Shown here piece after piece: positions 27,680-36,152 of a stretch of 64,000 nt of DNA. The stretch covers positions 82 through 64,081 of the forward strand of contig JAITJZ010000062.1 in NCBI GenBank assembly GCA_031278655.1, in the 5' to 3' direction. Within the stretch, counting starts at the first letter, position 1. Every line of letters starts with the position of its first letter. This stretch comes from Bifidobacteriaceae bacterium (GTDB taxonomy: Bacteria; Actinomycetota; Actinomycetes; Actinomycetales; WQXJ01). The notes beneath the pieces are model-generated. The model ran no database searches. It was not told the origin of the DNA and saw only the letters and a program-made list of their open reading frames with translations. The translations under genes were made by a program, and so were the position numbers.

Positions 27680-28381
27680 CTACGAGTGGCTGTCCGGCAA
27701 CAGGGGGTTGAGCGCGGCCGCGAAAGTCTCCATGTTGAGAGACTGGATGAAAACCTTGCCGGTGCCGCTGAAGGTGTTGACCACGCCCTCGCCGGTGCCG
27801 ATCGAGCCGAAGAAGCCGCTCTCCAACCCGATGTGGTAATCGAGATTGCGGTCCCAAGCGACCACGTGCCCGTTGTCGACCACGAAGCCTGAGGCGTTCA
27901 CCAGCGGAATCTCGGTGATGGAGCCGAAGGCGTTGACGAGCAGCGCGCCGTGGCCGTCGGTGGTCATGACGTAGAGGCCGCCCTGGCCGCCGAAGGCCGC
28001 GCGACCCACGCTCTGACGCTCCATGGTGTAGGCGACGGTCGACTCCATGGCCAAGAAGGCGCCATCGGTCAAACGGTACTGGGACGCGCCGATGTCGAGC
28101 TGCGCGATCGTGCCCGGATAGGTGGGCGCGATGGCGAGCTCGCCGGTTGGCGCCTGGCAGGCGACTTCGGTGATGAGGGCCGACTCGCCGGAGACGGCGC
28201 TGCGCGCCATCGCCTTGACGAACTTGCCCAGGCCCTGCCCGGAGGCGTTGAGCCTGGCGCTCAATTCAACGCCGGCGGAGCGGTAGATCATCGATCCCCG
28301 CTGAATGCGGGCGGTCTCTCCCTGGGTCATCATCAGGCGGGCCATCGGGAACTGCATCTGGGTTTCGATTTGGAAGCGCAT
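27680..28381 (-). CDS. AIM24 / TIGR00266 family protein
   Basis: MRFQIETQMQFPMARLMMTQGETARIQRGSMIY and GEGVVNTFSGTGKVFIQSL are typical of the family. AGGAGA lies upstream. Confidence 0.75.
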   Translation of the reverse strand: MRFQIETQMQFPMARLMMTQGETARIQRGSMIYRSAGVELSARLNASGQGLGKFVKAMARSAVSGESALITEVACQAPTGELAIAPTYPGTIAQLDIGASQYRLTDGAFLAMESTVAYTMERQSVGRAAFGGQGGLYVMTTDGHGALLVNAFGSITEIPLVNASGFVVDNGHVVAWDRNLDYHIGLESGFFGSIGTGEGVVNTFSGTGKVFIQSLNMETFAAALNPLLPDSHS

Positions 28382-28476
28382 TGGGTTCTCCTGTTGGGTC
28401 GTCCGGCGGTTTTGCCGTGGCGGCGTGGCGCTCGGGTCGCGCCCAGACTATCCCACCGCGCCAGCCGGTCGAGGGG

Positions 28477-28902
28477 TCAGGCGTGGTTGCGGGGATCGGT
28501 CCAGCGCAGGAGGGCCAGGCCGAGGACGCAGCCGGCGATGTCGGCCGCCAAGTCGAGCGGGTCCGAGGCGCGGGCGGGCAGCAAAGCCGCCTGGATCGGC
28601 TCGGAGGCGAGGGCGTTGAGCGCGAACAGCGCGGTCACCAGCCAGGGGCGCCTGGTCAGGCGTCCCCAGGCCCACACCGGCAGGGCGAAAATCACCAGGT
28701 GGGCCAGTTTGTCCAGGTGCAGTTCGCCCAGCCGCCCGATGTCCGGGCCGCTGGGCATGTAAAGCGCCACCAACTGCAGCGCCAGCAGCGTGGCCGCCAG
28801 CACTGCCAGCGGCCGCCCGGTCAGCGCCCGGGTCATCCGTGCGGGCAGGCGCTCCGACCGCGCCGGCTCGGCCGGCCCGGCGCCGCCTGAGTTTCCTGGC
28901 AA
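28477..28902 (-). CDS. VanZ-like membrane protein
   Basis: Contains DKLAHLVIFALPVWAWG, EPIQAALLPARASDPLDLAADIAG and three to four transmembrane segments. The start is uncertain (TTG 28902 or ATG 28836). Confidence 0.5.
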   Translation of the reverse strand: MPGNSGGAGPAEPARSERLPARMTRALTGRPLAVLAATLLALQLVALYMPSGPDIGRLGELHLDKLAHLVIFALPVWAWGRLTRRPWLVTALFALNALASEPIQAALLPARASDPLDLAADIAGCVLGLALLRWTDPRNHA

Positions 28903-28906
28903 AGCG

Positions 28907-29437
28907 CTACTTGACCTGGTAGGTGGGGGCGATCAGCGCGCGGGCGAGGGTGTGAAAGAGGGCGTTGAAGGCCGCCACCGTGGACGATGCCGCCGGACCT
29001 ATCGGCAGCGTCTCGACACTCAGCGCGTGGACGGCGAAGTAGTAGCGGTGCGGGTGATCGCCCGGCGGCGGCGCGGCGCCCATGTAGCCCACGGCGCCGG
29101 CGTCGTTGCGCAGTTGGAAGATCGGGTCCTGGAAGGCGGCGTCCGGCGCGCCCGCGCCTTGGTCCAATTCGGTGACCGAGGCGGGCAGATTCACCAGCGT
29201 CCAGTGCCAGAAGCCGGCCGGGGTGGGAGCGTCCGGGTCGAAGCAGTTGACGAGGAAACTCTTGGTCTGGGCTGGGAAGCCGCTCCAGGACAGGTGCGGC
29301 GAGAAGTTGCCGCCGGCCTGGGCGAAGGTGGCGGCCATAGGAGTGTCAGAGGTGACGTCCAGACTGGTGAGTGTGAACGACGGAACTTGCGGAAGGAGTG
29401 AATAGGGATTGGGCGGCAGCGGTCGGGTCAAGTCCAT
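28907..29437 (-). CDS. YbhB/YbcL family Raf-kinase-inhibitor-like (PEBP) protein
   Basis: Contains [15 protein letters not shown] and [23 protein letters not shown] lies 6 nt upstream of ATG 29437. Confidence 0.8.
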   Translation of the reverse strand: MDLTRPLPPNPYSLLPQVPSFTLTSLDVTSDTPMAATFAQAGGNFSPHLSWSGFPAQTKSFLVNCFDPDAPTPAGFWHWTLVNLPASVTELDQGAGAPDAAFQDPIFQLRNDAGAVGYMGAAPPPGDHPHRYYFAVHALSVETLPIGPAASSTVAAFNALFHTLARALIAPTYQVK

Positions 29438-29508
29438 GGAGTGAGTTTACCCAGCGCGCTGGGACTCGGTCCGGTGGCGCGCGCCGGTCCGGGCGCGTGC
29501 TCAGCAGG

Positions 29509-29592
29509 GCGAGCGGCGGCGTGAGCGGCGGGGCGAGCGGCAGGGCGAGCGGCGGCGTGAGCGGCGGCGTGAGCGGCGGGGCGAGCGGGCAG
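29509..29592. repeat. intergenic 12-bp minisatellite, 7 copies (g[c/t]gagcggc[g/a]g[c/g])
   Basis: Units read directly from the sequence: gcgagcggcggc, gtgagcggcggg, gcgagcggcagg, gcgagcggcggc, gtgagcggcggc, gtgagcggcggg, gcgagcgggcag. They are contiguous with no spacers. Confidence 0.95.
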
Positions 29593-29670
29593 CCATTCCG
29601 AGGCGAGGTCGGCTGATTCGGGCGTCGATTCGACTTGACACAAGTGTACGAACAAGGTTAACTAGATACC

Positions 29671-29686
29671 TCGAACAAGCGTTGTA
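29671..29686. promoter_or_regulatory. putative LexA (SOS) box upstream of imuA'
   Basis: TCGAACaagcGTTgta compared with the actinobacterial consensus TCGAAC-N4-GTTCGA. The left half is perfect and the right half matches 3 of 6. It lies 10 nt before GTG 29696. TTGACA is present at 29635-29640. Confidence 0.5.
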
Positions 29687-29695
29687 GATGGAAAG

Positions 29696-30460
29696 GTGAA
29701 GGCTGTGACGACACTCGGGACTTCTATGCCTCGGCAAGCAGCCCCAGCGTCGGTGCTGGACAAGGCCAGACGGATGCTCCGATTGGCCGAGGCGAAGACC
29801 GGCGTTGGCGCTGTCGGCGCCAATCCGGAGGTTCGCCCCGCCCGGCGGGATCCGTGGGGCGAGCCTGAAAACCGGTCCAGCGGCCAGCTAGGTCAGTCCC
29901 TTGTCAGCACGCGATTCGGTGGCGCGGTCGAGCATGAAAGCCTCCACACCGATTGGCGCCAGCTGACACCGGCGGAACTGGCGCGGCTGGCCGGGCCGTC
30001 CTTCCTGCCCGGCACGGTGGCCCAAGTCAGCGGCTCGCTGGCGGCTTTCTGGGCGGTGGCCGCGACTGGGATGGGGGCCGAGGACTGGGCCGCCATCGCC
30101 GGCTTGCCGGAGGCCGGTTTGCTGGCGGCGGCCGAGGCCGGGCTGGTCCTCAGCCGCACGGTGGTGGTCCCAGACCTCGGCGCGCGGCCGCTCAAGGTGC
30201 TGGCCGGGCTGGTGGACGCTTACGGCCTGGTGCTGGCCGGGCGGTTGAGCCTCGGCGGCGGCGACCGCCGCCGGATCGAGGCGCGCTTGCGCTTCACCGG
30301 CGGACGGTTGATCACAACCGGCGAATGGGGTGGCGCCAAACTGATCGTCAAGGTCAAAGCCCGGCGCGGGGAGTCCCTGGGGGAGGGGCGGGGAGCGACT
30401 GGCCAACCGCGCCTGGACCTGGAGCTGACCCGCAAAGGCAGTTTCGGGGCCTGGCCATGA
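29696..30460 (+). CDS. imuA': ImuA' (inactive RecA/SulA-like mutasome accessory protein)
   Basis: Called from its position as the first gene of the imuA'-imuB-dnaE2 cassette, its size (about 250 aa) and the ATGA coupling to imuB. Sequence conservation is weak, as is usual for this family. The start is uncertain (GTG 29696 or ATG 29726). Confidence 0.65.
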   Translation: MKAVTTLGTSMPRQAAPASVLDKARRMLRLAEAKTGVGAVGANPEVRPARRDPWGEPENRSSGQLGQSLVSTRFGGAVEHESLHTDWRQLTPAELARLAGPSFLPGTVAQVSGSLAAFWAVAATGMGAEDWAAIAGLPEAGLLAAAEAGLVLSRTVVVPDLGARPLKVLAGLVDAYGLVLAGRLSLGGGDRRRIEARLRFTGGRLITTGEWGGAKLIVKVKARRGESLGEGRGATGQPRLDLELTRKGSFGAWP

Positions 30461-32109
30461 GCGGCGGCGGCGCGGCTGGAGCGGCGGCGGCTGGAACGGC
30501 GGCGGCTGGTACGGCGGCGGCTGGTACGGCGGCGGCGGCTCAAGGCGGTCCGGCGGTCCGGCGGTTGGCGGCGATCTGGATTCCCGATTGGCCGGTGGTG
30601 GCGGCCATCGGCGCTGGGGCGGCGCCAGCCGGGAAGCCGGTCGTGGTGGCGGACGCCCATCGCGTCAAAGCGGTCAGCGCGGCCGCGCGCGCGGCCGGGG
30701 TCAGGCGCGGCATGAAGCGGCGCACGGCCATGTCGCTCAGCCCGGGAGCGACGGTGGTCCAGGCGGACCGGGCGCGGGATGCCCGCGCTTTCGAGGAACT
30801 CGTCATCGTGGTGCAGGCGTTGGCGCCGGCCGTCGAATTGCTGCGGCCGGGGTTGATGGTCTGCCCGGCCATCGGCGCCGCCCGCTATTACGGCGGCGAC
30901 GAGGCTTTCGCGGAACAGATTCTGACCGAGGTGGCCGCCGAGGTCGGGACCGAGGCCTGGGCCGGGGTGGCGGACGGCTTGCTGGCCGCGACCCTGGCCG
31001 CCCGCGACGGGCGGGTGGTGGCGCGGGGGGACTCGCGCCGTTATCTGGCGCCGCGCCCGCTGGCGGATCTGGGCGTGGCCCTGCGCGGCACCGCCAACGG
31101 CGAGAACCTGGACGCGCTGATGGACCTGCTGACCCGTCTGGGCATCAAAACTCTGGGCGAGCTGGCCGCTTTGCCGACGCGCAACGTGACCGAGCGGTTC
31201 GGCGCGGTCGGCGTCTGGGCGCAGCGTTTGGCCAGGGCGGAGGACGGGCTGGGCGCGCCCGGCCACGAGTTGCCCCGCAAGTTCGCAGCGGTCGTGGACG
31301 CCGATCCGCCGATGACGCGGGTCGATCAGGCCGTGGCGGCGGCCCGGCGGTTGGCGCAGGACTTGCACGCGGAATTGGTCGCGCGCGGCCAGGCCTACGA
31401 CCGGTTGCGGATCAGCGCCATCACGGAGACCGGTCAGCAATTGGAGCGGACGTGGCGTTTGGACGGGGTCGACGCCGCCGGCGTCAAAGACCGCGTGCGC
31501 TGGCAGCTCGAGGGCTGGTTGGCGGGGCGCAGCGGCGTGGCGCCGACCGGCGCCCTGACACGGCTCAGCCTTGAGGCCGAGGAAGTCCATCCGGCCGGCG
31601 CCGGTTCGTCGCGGTTGTGGGGGAGCGGCGGCTACGCCGCGGCGCGGGCGGTTCGCGGGGCCGAGCGGATTCACACCATGTTGGGGGGAGGCGGCGTCTA
31701 TCAGCCGGTGGCGCAGGGCGGCCGGGAGCCGCGCGGACGGGTGCGGCTGGTCGAATGGGGTGAGGACACCGTTCCGCTCAGGCCCCTCGACCGGCCTTGG
31801 CCGGGGGCGGTGCCGGAGCCGGCCCCGAGCCTGGTGCCGCCCAACCCCCTGCCGGTGGAACTGGTCGACTCCGACGGCCGGACGGTCCGGGTGGGGCCGG
31901 CGCTCGAGTTCAGCGCCGGACCCGCCCGCTTGGACGAGGCTGTCGTCAAGGGCTGGGCGGGGCCCTGGCCGGTGGTGGAGCGGTGGTGGGGGCCGCAGCC
32001 GAAACGGCGGGTTTACCTCCAGGTCCAAACCCAGTGCGGCGAGCGGGAGGAGACCGTTTTGCTGTCCTGCGAAGCTGGCCGATGGCGTTTGGAGGGGGTT
32101 TATGACTGA
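30457..32109 (+). CDS. imuB: ImuB, Y-family-polymerase-like mutasome protein
   Basis: LAAIWIPDWPVVAA is a typical ImuB opening, and the body is Y-family-like. ATG 30457 overlaps the imuA' stop. The 718-aa track ORF is an N-extension. Confidence 0.85.
   Translation: MSGGGAAGAAAAGTAAAGTAAAGTAAAAQGGPAVRRLAAIWIPDWPVVAAIGAGAAPAGKPVVVADAHRVKAVSAAARAAGVRRGMKRRTAMSLSPGATVVQADRARDARAFEELVIVVQALAPAVELLRPGLMVCPAIGAARYYGGDEAFAEQILTEVAAEVGTEAWAGVADGLLAATLAARDGRVVARGDSRRYLAPRPLADLGVALRGTANGENLDALMDLLTRLGIKTLGELAALPTRNVTERFGAVGVWAQRLARAEDGLGAPGHELPRKFAAVVDADPPMTRVDQAVAAARRLAQDLHAELVARGQAYDRLRISAITETGQQLERTWRLDGVDAAGVKDRVRWQLEGWLAGRSGVAPTGALTRLSLEAEEVHPAGAGSSRLWGSGGYAAARAVRGAERIHTMLGGGGVYQPVAQGGREPRGRVRLVEWGEDTVPLRPLDRPWPGAVPEPAPSLVPPNPLPVELVDSDGRTVRVGPALEFSAGPARLDEAVVKGWAGPWPVVERWWGPQPKRRVYLQVQTQCGEREETVLLSCEAGRWRLEGVYD
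30474..30533. repeat. 15-bp tandem repeat ggctgg[a/t][g/a]cggcggc x4 at the imuB N-terminus
   Basis: Read directly from the sequence. It encodes AAGAAAAGTAAAGTAAAGTAAAA. Confidence 0.9.
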
Positions 32110-35100
32110 TTACGCCGAACTGCACGCGCACAGCGCTTTCAGCTTCCTGGACGGTTGCAGCCAGCCGGCGGATTTGGCCTATCAGGCGGCCAGGCTTGGG
32201 CTCAGCGCCATGGCCATCACCGACCACGACGGCCTTTACGGCGTGGTCCAATTCGCCGAGGCGGCCCGGGAAGTCGGCTTGCCGACGGTCTTTGGCGCCG
32301 AATTGACGCTCGACGGCGGCGATGAGGCGCCCGGCGCCGATGACCCTCCCGGCACGCATTTGCTGGCGTTGGCGCGGGGCCCGGACGGCTACAAGCGCCT
32401 CAGCCGGGCGATCGCCGAGAGCTATTTGGCGGTCGGGGCCAAGGGTCCGCCGCGCTACCGGTTGGAAGATTTGGCCGATGCCGCCGGCGGCGAATGGTTG
32501 GTTTTGACCGGTTGCCGCAAAGGGGCTGTCCGCCGCGCCCTGGCCTCGCGCCCGCAGGCGGCCGGGCGATCGGCCGCGTGGGAGTTGGACCGGCTGGCGA
32601 GCCTGTTCGGCCGGGACAACGTGGCGGTCGAGATCACCGATTCGGGCAGCCCCGAAGACCCGGCCGTGATCGCGGCGCTGAGCGAATTGGCGGCCTCCGC
32701 CGGCCTGCCGCTGGTCGCCACCGGCAACGTCCACTACGCCCAGACCGGCCAATTCACCATGGCCGCCGCCATGTCCGCCATCCGCGGGCGGCGCAGCCTC
32801 GAGGAAATGGATGGTTACCTGCCCGCCGGCCCAACGGCGGCGCTGCGTTCACCGGCGCAAATGGTCTCGCGTTTGAGCCGCCACGGACCTGCGGCGCCGT
32901 CCGCCGTGGCGGCCGCCGGGGTGATCGGCGCTGAGTGCGCCTTCGACCTGAAGCTGATCGCGCCCAAGTTGCCGCCGGCAAATGTGCCCCCCGGCCATGA
33001 CGAAGACAGCTGGCTCGAGGAGCTGACTTGGCGTGGCGCCGAGAGCCGCTACGGCCCGCGCGGATTTGGCAGCGCCAAGGCGTACCAGATCCTCGAACAC
33101 GAGTTGAAGGTCATCAAAGACTTGGGCTTTCCCGGTTATTTCCTGATCATGCATGAGGTTGTCGAGTTCTGCCGGGAGCGCGGCATCCTCTGCCAGGGGC
33201 GGGGCTCGGCCGCCAACTCGGCGGTCTGCTACGCGCTCGGCATCACCGCCGTCGACGCGGTTCGCCACGGCCTGCTGTTCGAGCGCTTCTTGGCGCCGGA
33301 GCGCGAGGAATACCCCGACATCGACCTCGACATCGAGTCCGGCCGCCGCGAGGAGGTCATCCAACACGTTTACCAGCGTTACGGCCGCGACCGGGCGGCC
33401 CTGGTCGGGTCGGTCATCACTTACCGGCCGAAGCTGGCCCTGCGTGACGCGGCGCGCGCTCTCGGCTACGACATCGGGCAACAAGACGCCTGGTCCAAAC
33501 AGGTCGAACGCTGGGGCCATCTCCACCGCGGCCGGGTCCGTTACGTCCCCTGGGGCCGGGGCGGCGCCGGGCCGGTCGACGCCGACGACGACCTCAGCGC
33601 CATCCCCGAAGACGTTCTTGGCCTGGCCGAGACGTTCATGCATTTGCCGCGCCACCTCGGCATTCACCCCGGCGGCATGGTCCTGGCGGACCAACCGGTG
33701 ATCGACGTCTGCCCGGTGCAGTGGGGCCGGATGGAGGACCGGTCGGTCTTGCAGTGGGACAAGGACGATGCCGCCGCCGCCGGTTTGGTCAAATTCGACC
33801 TGTTGGGTTTGGGCATGTTGGGCGCCGTCAGGTTGGCGTTCGAGGAGATCGAGAGGGTCGAGGGCGTCAGCTGGCAGATGCACACCATCCCGGCGGAACG
33901 CCCGGAAGTCTACGACCTGCTGTGCGCGGCCGACACGGTCGGGGTTTTCCAGGTCGAGTCGCGGGCCCAGATCGCCACCCTGCCGCGGCTGCGGCCGCGG
34001 CGGTTCTACGACATCGTGGTGGAAGTGGCGTTGATCCGTCCGGGGCCGATCCAAGGCGGCTCGGTCCATCCTTACATCGAGCGGGTCCGGGGCCGCCAAC
34101 CGGTCACCTATGACCACGAATTGCTGCGCCCGGCCTTGGAGCGGACCCTGGGCGTGCCGCTGTTCCAGGAGCAACTGATGCAGATGGCCATCGCTGCGGC
34201 TGGTTTCAGCCCCGGCCAGGCCGATCAACTGCGCCGGGCGATGGGCTCGAAGCGATCGGTCGAACGCATGGAGGCTCTGCGCCAAGATCTGATGGACGGC
34301 ATGCGGGAGCGGGGGATCGGCCCGGCCGCGCGGTTGAAGATCTACGACCAGTTGAAGGCCTTCGCCGACTTCGGTTTCCCGGAGTCGCACTCGTTCTCCT
34401 TCGCCCTGATCGTCTATGTCTCGGCCTGGTTGAAGGTGTTCCACCCGGCGGCTTTCTACGCCGCCATCTTGGCCTCGCAGCCGATGGGTTTCTATTCGCC
34501 GCAATCGCTGGTGGCGGACGCCCGCCGTCACGGATTGGCCGTGCGCGGGCCGGATGTGCAGCTTTCGCCCGCCCAGGCGGGCGTTGAACGGACCGGGCCG
34601 GGCGACCGGCCCCGCAGCCAACTGCTGCGCGGCGACCCGAACCTGGGTGTGAGACTGGGTTTGGCGTCGGTTCGAGGGATCGGCCTGAAGAAAGCCGAGG
34701 CCATCCAGGCCGAACGCGAGCAAGGCGGCGCCTTCCGGTCGCTGACCGATCTGGCCCACCGCTGCCGATTGACGCCCTATCAAATGGAGGCGCTGGCCAC
34801 CGCCGGGGCGTTGACCGCCCTGGAGCCGGAGCGGCGCAAGGCGTTGTGGGCGGCGGGCGCGACCGGCGCGGCCGGGGAGTTGCCGGGCACCACCCCCGGC
34901 CTCAACGCCCCGACCCTGCCGGGCATGTCTGACGAGGAACTGGCGCTGGCGGACATGTGGGCGACCGGCGTGACCTTGGCCGAATACCCGACCGTCCATG
35001 TCCGCGCCGAATTGGACAGGGCGGAGGTCGTCCCGAACAACCAGGTGGCAGCCCACCCGGACGGGGAGTGGATCAAGGTGGCCGGGGTGGTGACCCACCG

Positions 35101-35338
35101 CCAGCGTCCCGGCACCGCCGGCGGCGTCACCTTCTTGAACCTTGAGGACGAGACCGGCCAGGTCAACGTCATCTGCACGGCCGATGTCTGGAACCGGTTC
35201 CGGAAAATCGGCCGGACGGCATCGGCCATGGTGGTGGCGGGCCGGCTGGAGAACCGCGACGGGAGCGTCGGGGTCAAGGCCGGCCACCTGCACCCGCTGT
35301 ACCTGAAAGTGCCGACCCGGTCGCGCGATTTCCACTGA
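32102..35338 (+). CDS. dnaE2: error-prone DNA polymerase III alpha-subunit paralogue
   Basis: MTDYAELHAHSAFSFLDGCSQP is a PHP domain. The body is Pol IIIalpha-like and the OB-fold tail reads VAGVVTHRQRPGTAGGVTFLNLEDETG. It overlaps the imuB stop by 8 nt. Confidence 0.92.
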   Translation: MTDYAELHAHSAFSFLDGCSQPADLAYQAARLGLSAMAITDHDGLYGVVQFAEAAREVGLPTVFGAELTLDGGDEAPGADDPPGTHLLALARGPDGYKRLSRAIAESYLAVGAKGPPRYRLEDLADAAGGEWLVLTGCRKGAVRRALASRPQAAGRSAAWELDRLASLFGRDNVAVEITDSGSPEDPAVIAALSELAASAGLPLVATGNVHYAQTGQFTMAAAMSAIRGRRSLEEMDGYLPAGPTAALRSPAQMVSRLSRHGPAAPSAVAAAGVIGAECAFDLKLIAPKLPPANVPPGHDEDSWLEELTWRGAESRYGPRGFGSAKAYQILEHELKVIKDLGFPGYFLIMHEVVEFCRERGILCQGRGSAANSAVCYALGITAVDAVRHGLLFERFLAPEREEYPDIDLDIESGRREEVIQHVYQRYGRDRAALVGSVITYRPKLALRDAARALGYDIGQQDAWSKQVERWGHLHRGRVRYVPWGRGGAGPVDADDDLSAIPEDVLGLAETFMHLPRHLGIHPGGMVLADQPVIDVCPVQWGRMEDRSVLQWDKDDAAAAGLVKFDLLGLGMLGAVRLAFEEIERVEGVSWQMHTIPAERPEVYDLLCAADTVGVFQVESRAQIATLPRLRPRRFYDIVVEVALIRPGPIQGGSVHPYIERVRGRQPVTYDHELLRPALERTLGVPLFQEQLMQMAIAAAGFSPGQADQLRRAMGSKRSVERMEALRQDLMDGMRERGIGPAARLKIYDQLKAFADFGFPESHSFSFALIVYVSAWLKVFHPAAFYAAILASQPMGFYSPQSLVADARRHGLAVRGPDVQLSPAQAGVERTGPGDRPRSQLLRGDPNLGVRLGLASVRGIGLKKAEAIQAEREQGGAFRSLTDLAHRCRLTPYQMEALATAGALTALEPERRKALWAAGATGAAGELPGTTPGLNAPTLPGMSDEELALADMWATGVTLAEYPTVHVRAELDRAEVVPNNQVAAHPDGEWIKVAGVVTHRQRPGTAGGVTFLNLEDETGQVNVICTADVWNRFRKIGRTASAMVVAGRLENRDGSVGVKAGHLHPLYLKVPTRSRDFH

Positions 35339-35378
35339 CAACCCATGTTTTTGGCCGGCGATGTGGTAGAGCAGACTG

Positions 35379-36152
35379 GTGGACCGCGACGCCCCGGCGC
35401 CCGAGCGACTTCAGGCGCGCCAACTCCAGGACATGATCGACGCCTCCGGCCGGATAGTTTTCTTTGGCGGGGCCGGCGTCTCGACCGAGTCTGGCATCCC
35501 CGATTTCCGCTCGGCCGACGGCCTGTACACGGCTGGCGGCCCAATCCCGCCGGAGGTCGTGCTGTCGCGCGAGTTCGCGGACGGCCAGACTCTCAGCTTC
35601 TTCGAGTTCTACCGCCGGCATTTGGTCCATCCCGAGGCGCGGCCGAACGCGGCCCACCTGAAACTGGCCGCCCTCGAGCGGGCCGGGCGCCTGCGCGCCG
35701 TCGTCACCCAGAACATCGACGGCCTGCATCAGGCGGCGGGTTCCAAACGGGTGATCGAGTTGCACGGCTCGGTCCACCGCAACCGCTGCCGCGCCTGCGG
35801 GCGGCGGCACTCGTTGGAGCGGGTCATGGGCGCCCAGGGGGTCGCGTTTTGCGACTGCGGCGGCGTGATCATGCCGGAGGTGGTGCTCTACGGCGACCCG
35901 CTGGACGCGGACGTCTGGGCCGCGGCGGCGGATGAGGTCGCGCGCGCGGACATGCTCATCCTCGGTGGGACCTCTTTGACCGTCTTCCCGGCGGCGGCGC
36001 TGGTCGACTACTTCGAGGGCGAGCGTCTGGCGGTCATCAACAAGACCCGGCCGGACGGCATCGGGCGCTGGGGCGGCCGGGCGCTGACCATGACCCGGCC
36101 CATCGGCGAGGTCATGGCCGGCGTCGAGGCCAAACCGGTGGGCCGTGGCTGA
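35379..36152 (+). CDS. cobB: NAD-dependent protein deacylase (Sir2 family)
   Basis: Contains FFGGAGVSTESGIPDFRS, TQNIDGLH and the zinc ribbon CRACG...CDCGG. It is 257 aa with no extra domains. Confidence 0.85.
   Translation: MDRDAPAPERLQARQLQDMIDASGRIVFFGGAGVSTESGIPDFRSADGLYTAGGPIPPEVVLSREFADGQTLSFFEFYRRHLVHPEARPNAAHLKLAALERAGRLRAVVTQNIDGLHQAAGSKRVIELHGSVHRNRCRACGRRHSLERVMGAQGVAFCDCGGVIMPEVVLYGDPLDADVWAAAADEVARADMLILGGTSLTVFPAAALVDYFEGERLAVINKTRPDGIGRWGGRALTMTRPIGEVMAGVEAKPVGRG

Noticed and set aside
27680-29437. AIM24 - VanZ - PEBP on one strand as a possible three-gene system.
   Set aside because: The genes are separated by a 96-nt gap with its own Shine-Dalgarno sequence for AIM24. The families have no known functional link, and PEBP has its own leaderless-type promoter. 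There is no evidence beyond adjacency.
29509-29592. A possible CRISPR array, suggested by regularly repeated 12-mers.
   Set aside because: The repeats are contiguous with no spacers, the unit is far too short, and there are no cas genes. It is a minisatellite.
29398-29655. Small ORFs across the minisatellite (72 aa plus strand, 75 aa minus strand) as possible repeat-containing peptides.
   Set aside because: Their sequences are just (SGG/ASG)n or (AAH/AAR)n translations of the 12-mer. They lack a Shine-Dalgarno sequence or a -10/start arrangement, and they overlap the PEBP start region.
32849-35341. An 830-aa minus-strand ORF.
   Set aside because: It is antisense to dnaE2, which has clear PHP, polymerase and OB-fold motifs. 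This is a typical GC-frame artefact.
35379-36152. The Sir2-domain protein as a defence effector (ThsA/DSR/SIR2-HerA type).
   Set aside because: It is a compact 257-aa canonical CobB-type sirtuin with a zinc ribbon, no sensor, SLOG, helicase or transmembrane domain, and no partner gene. It lies in a core-genome context.
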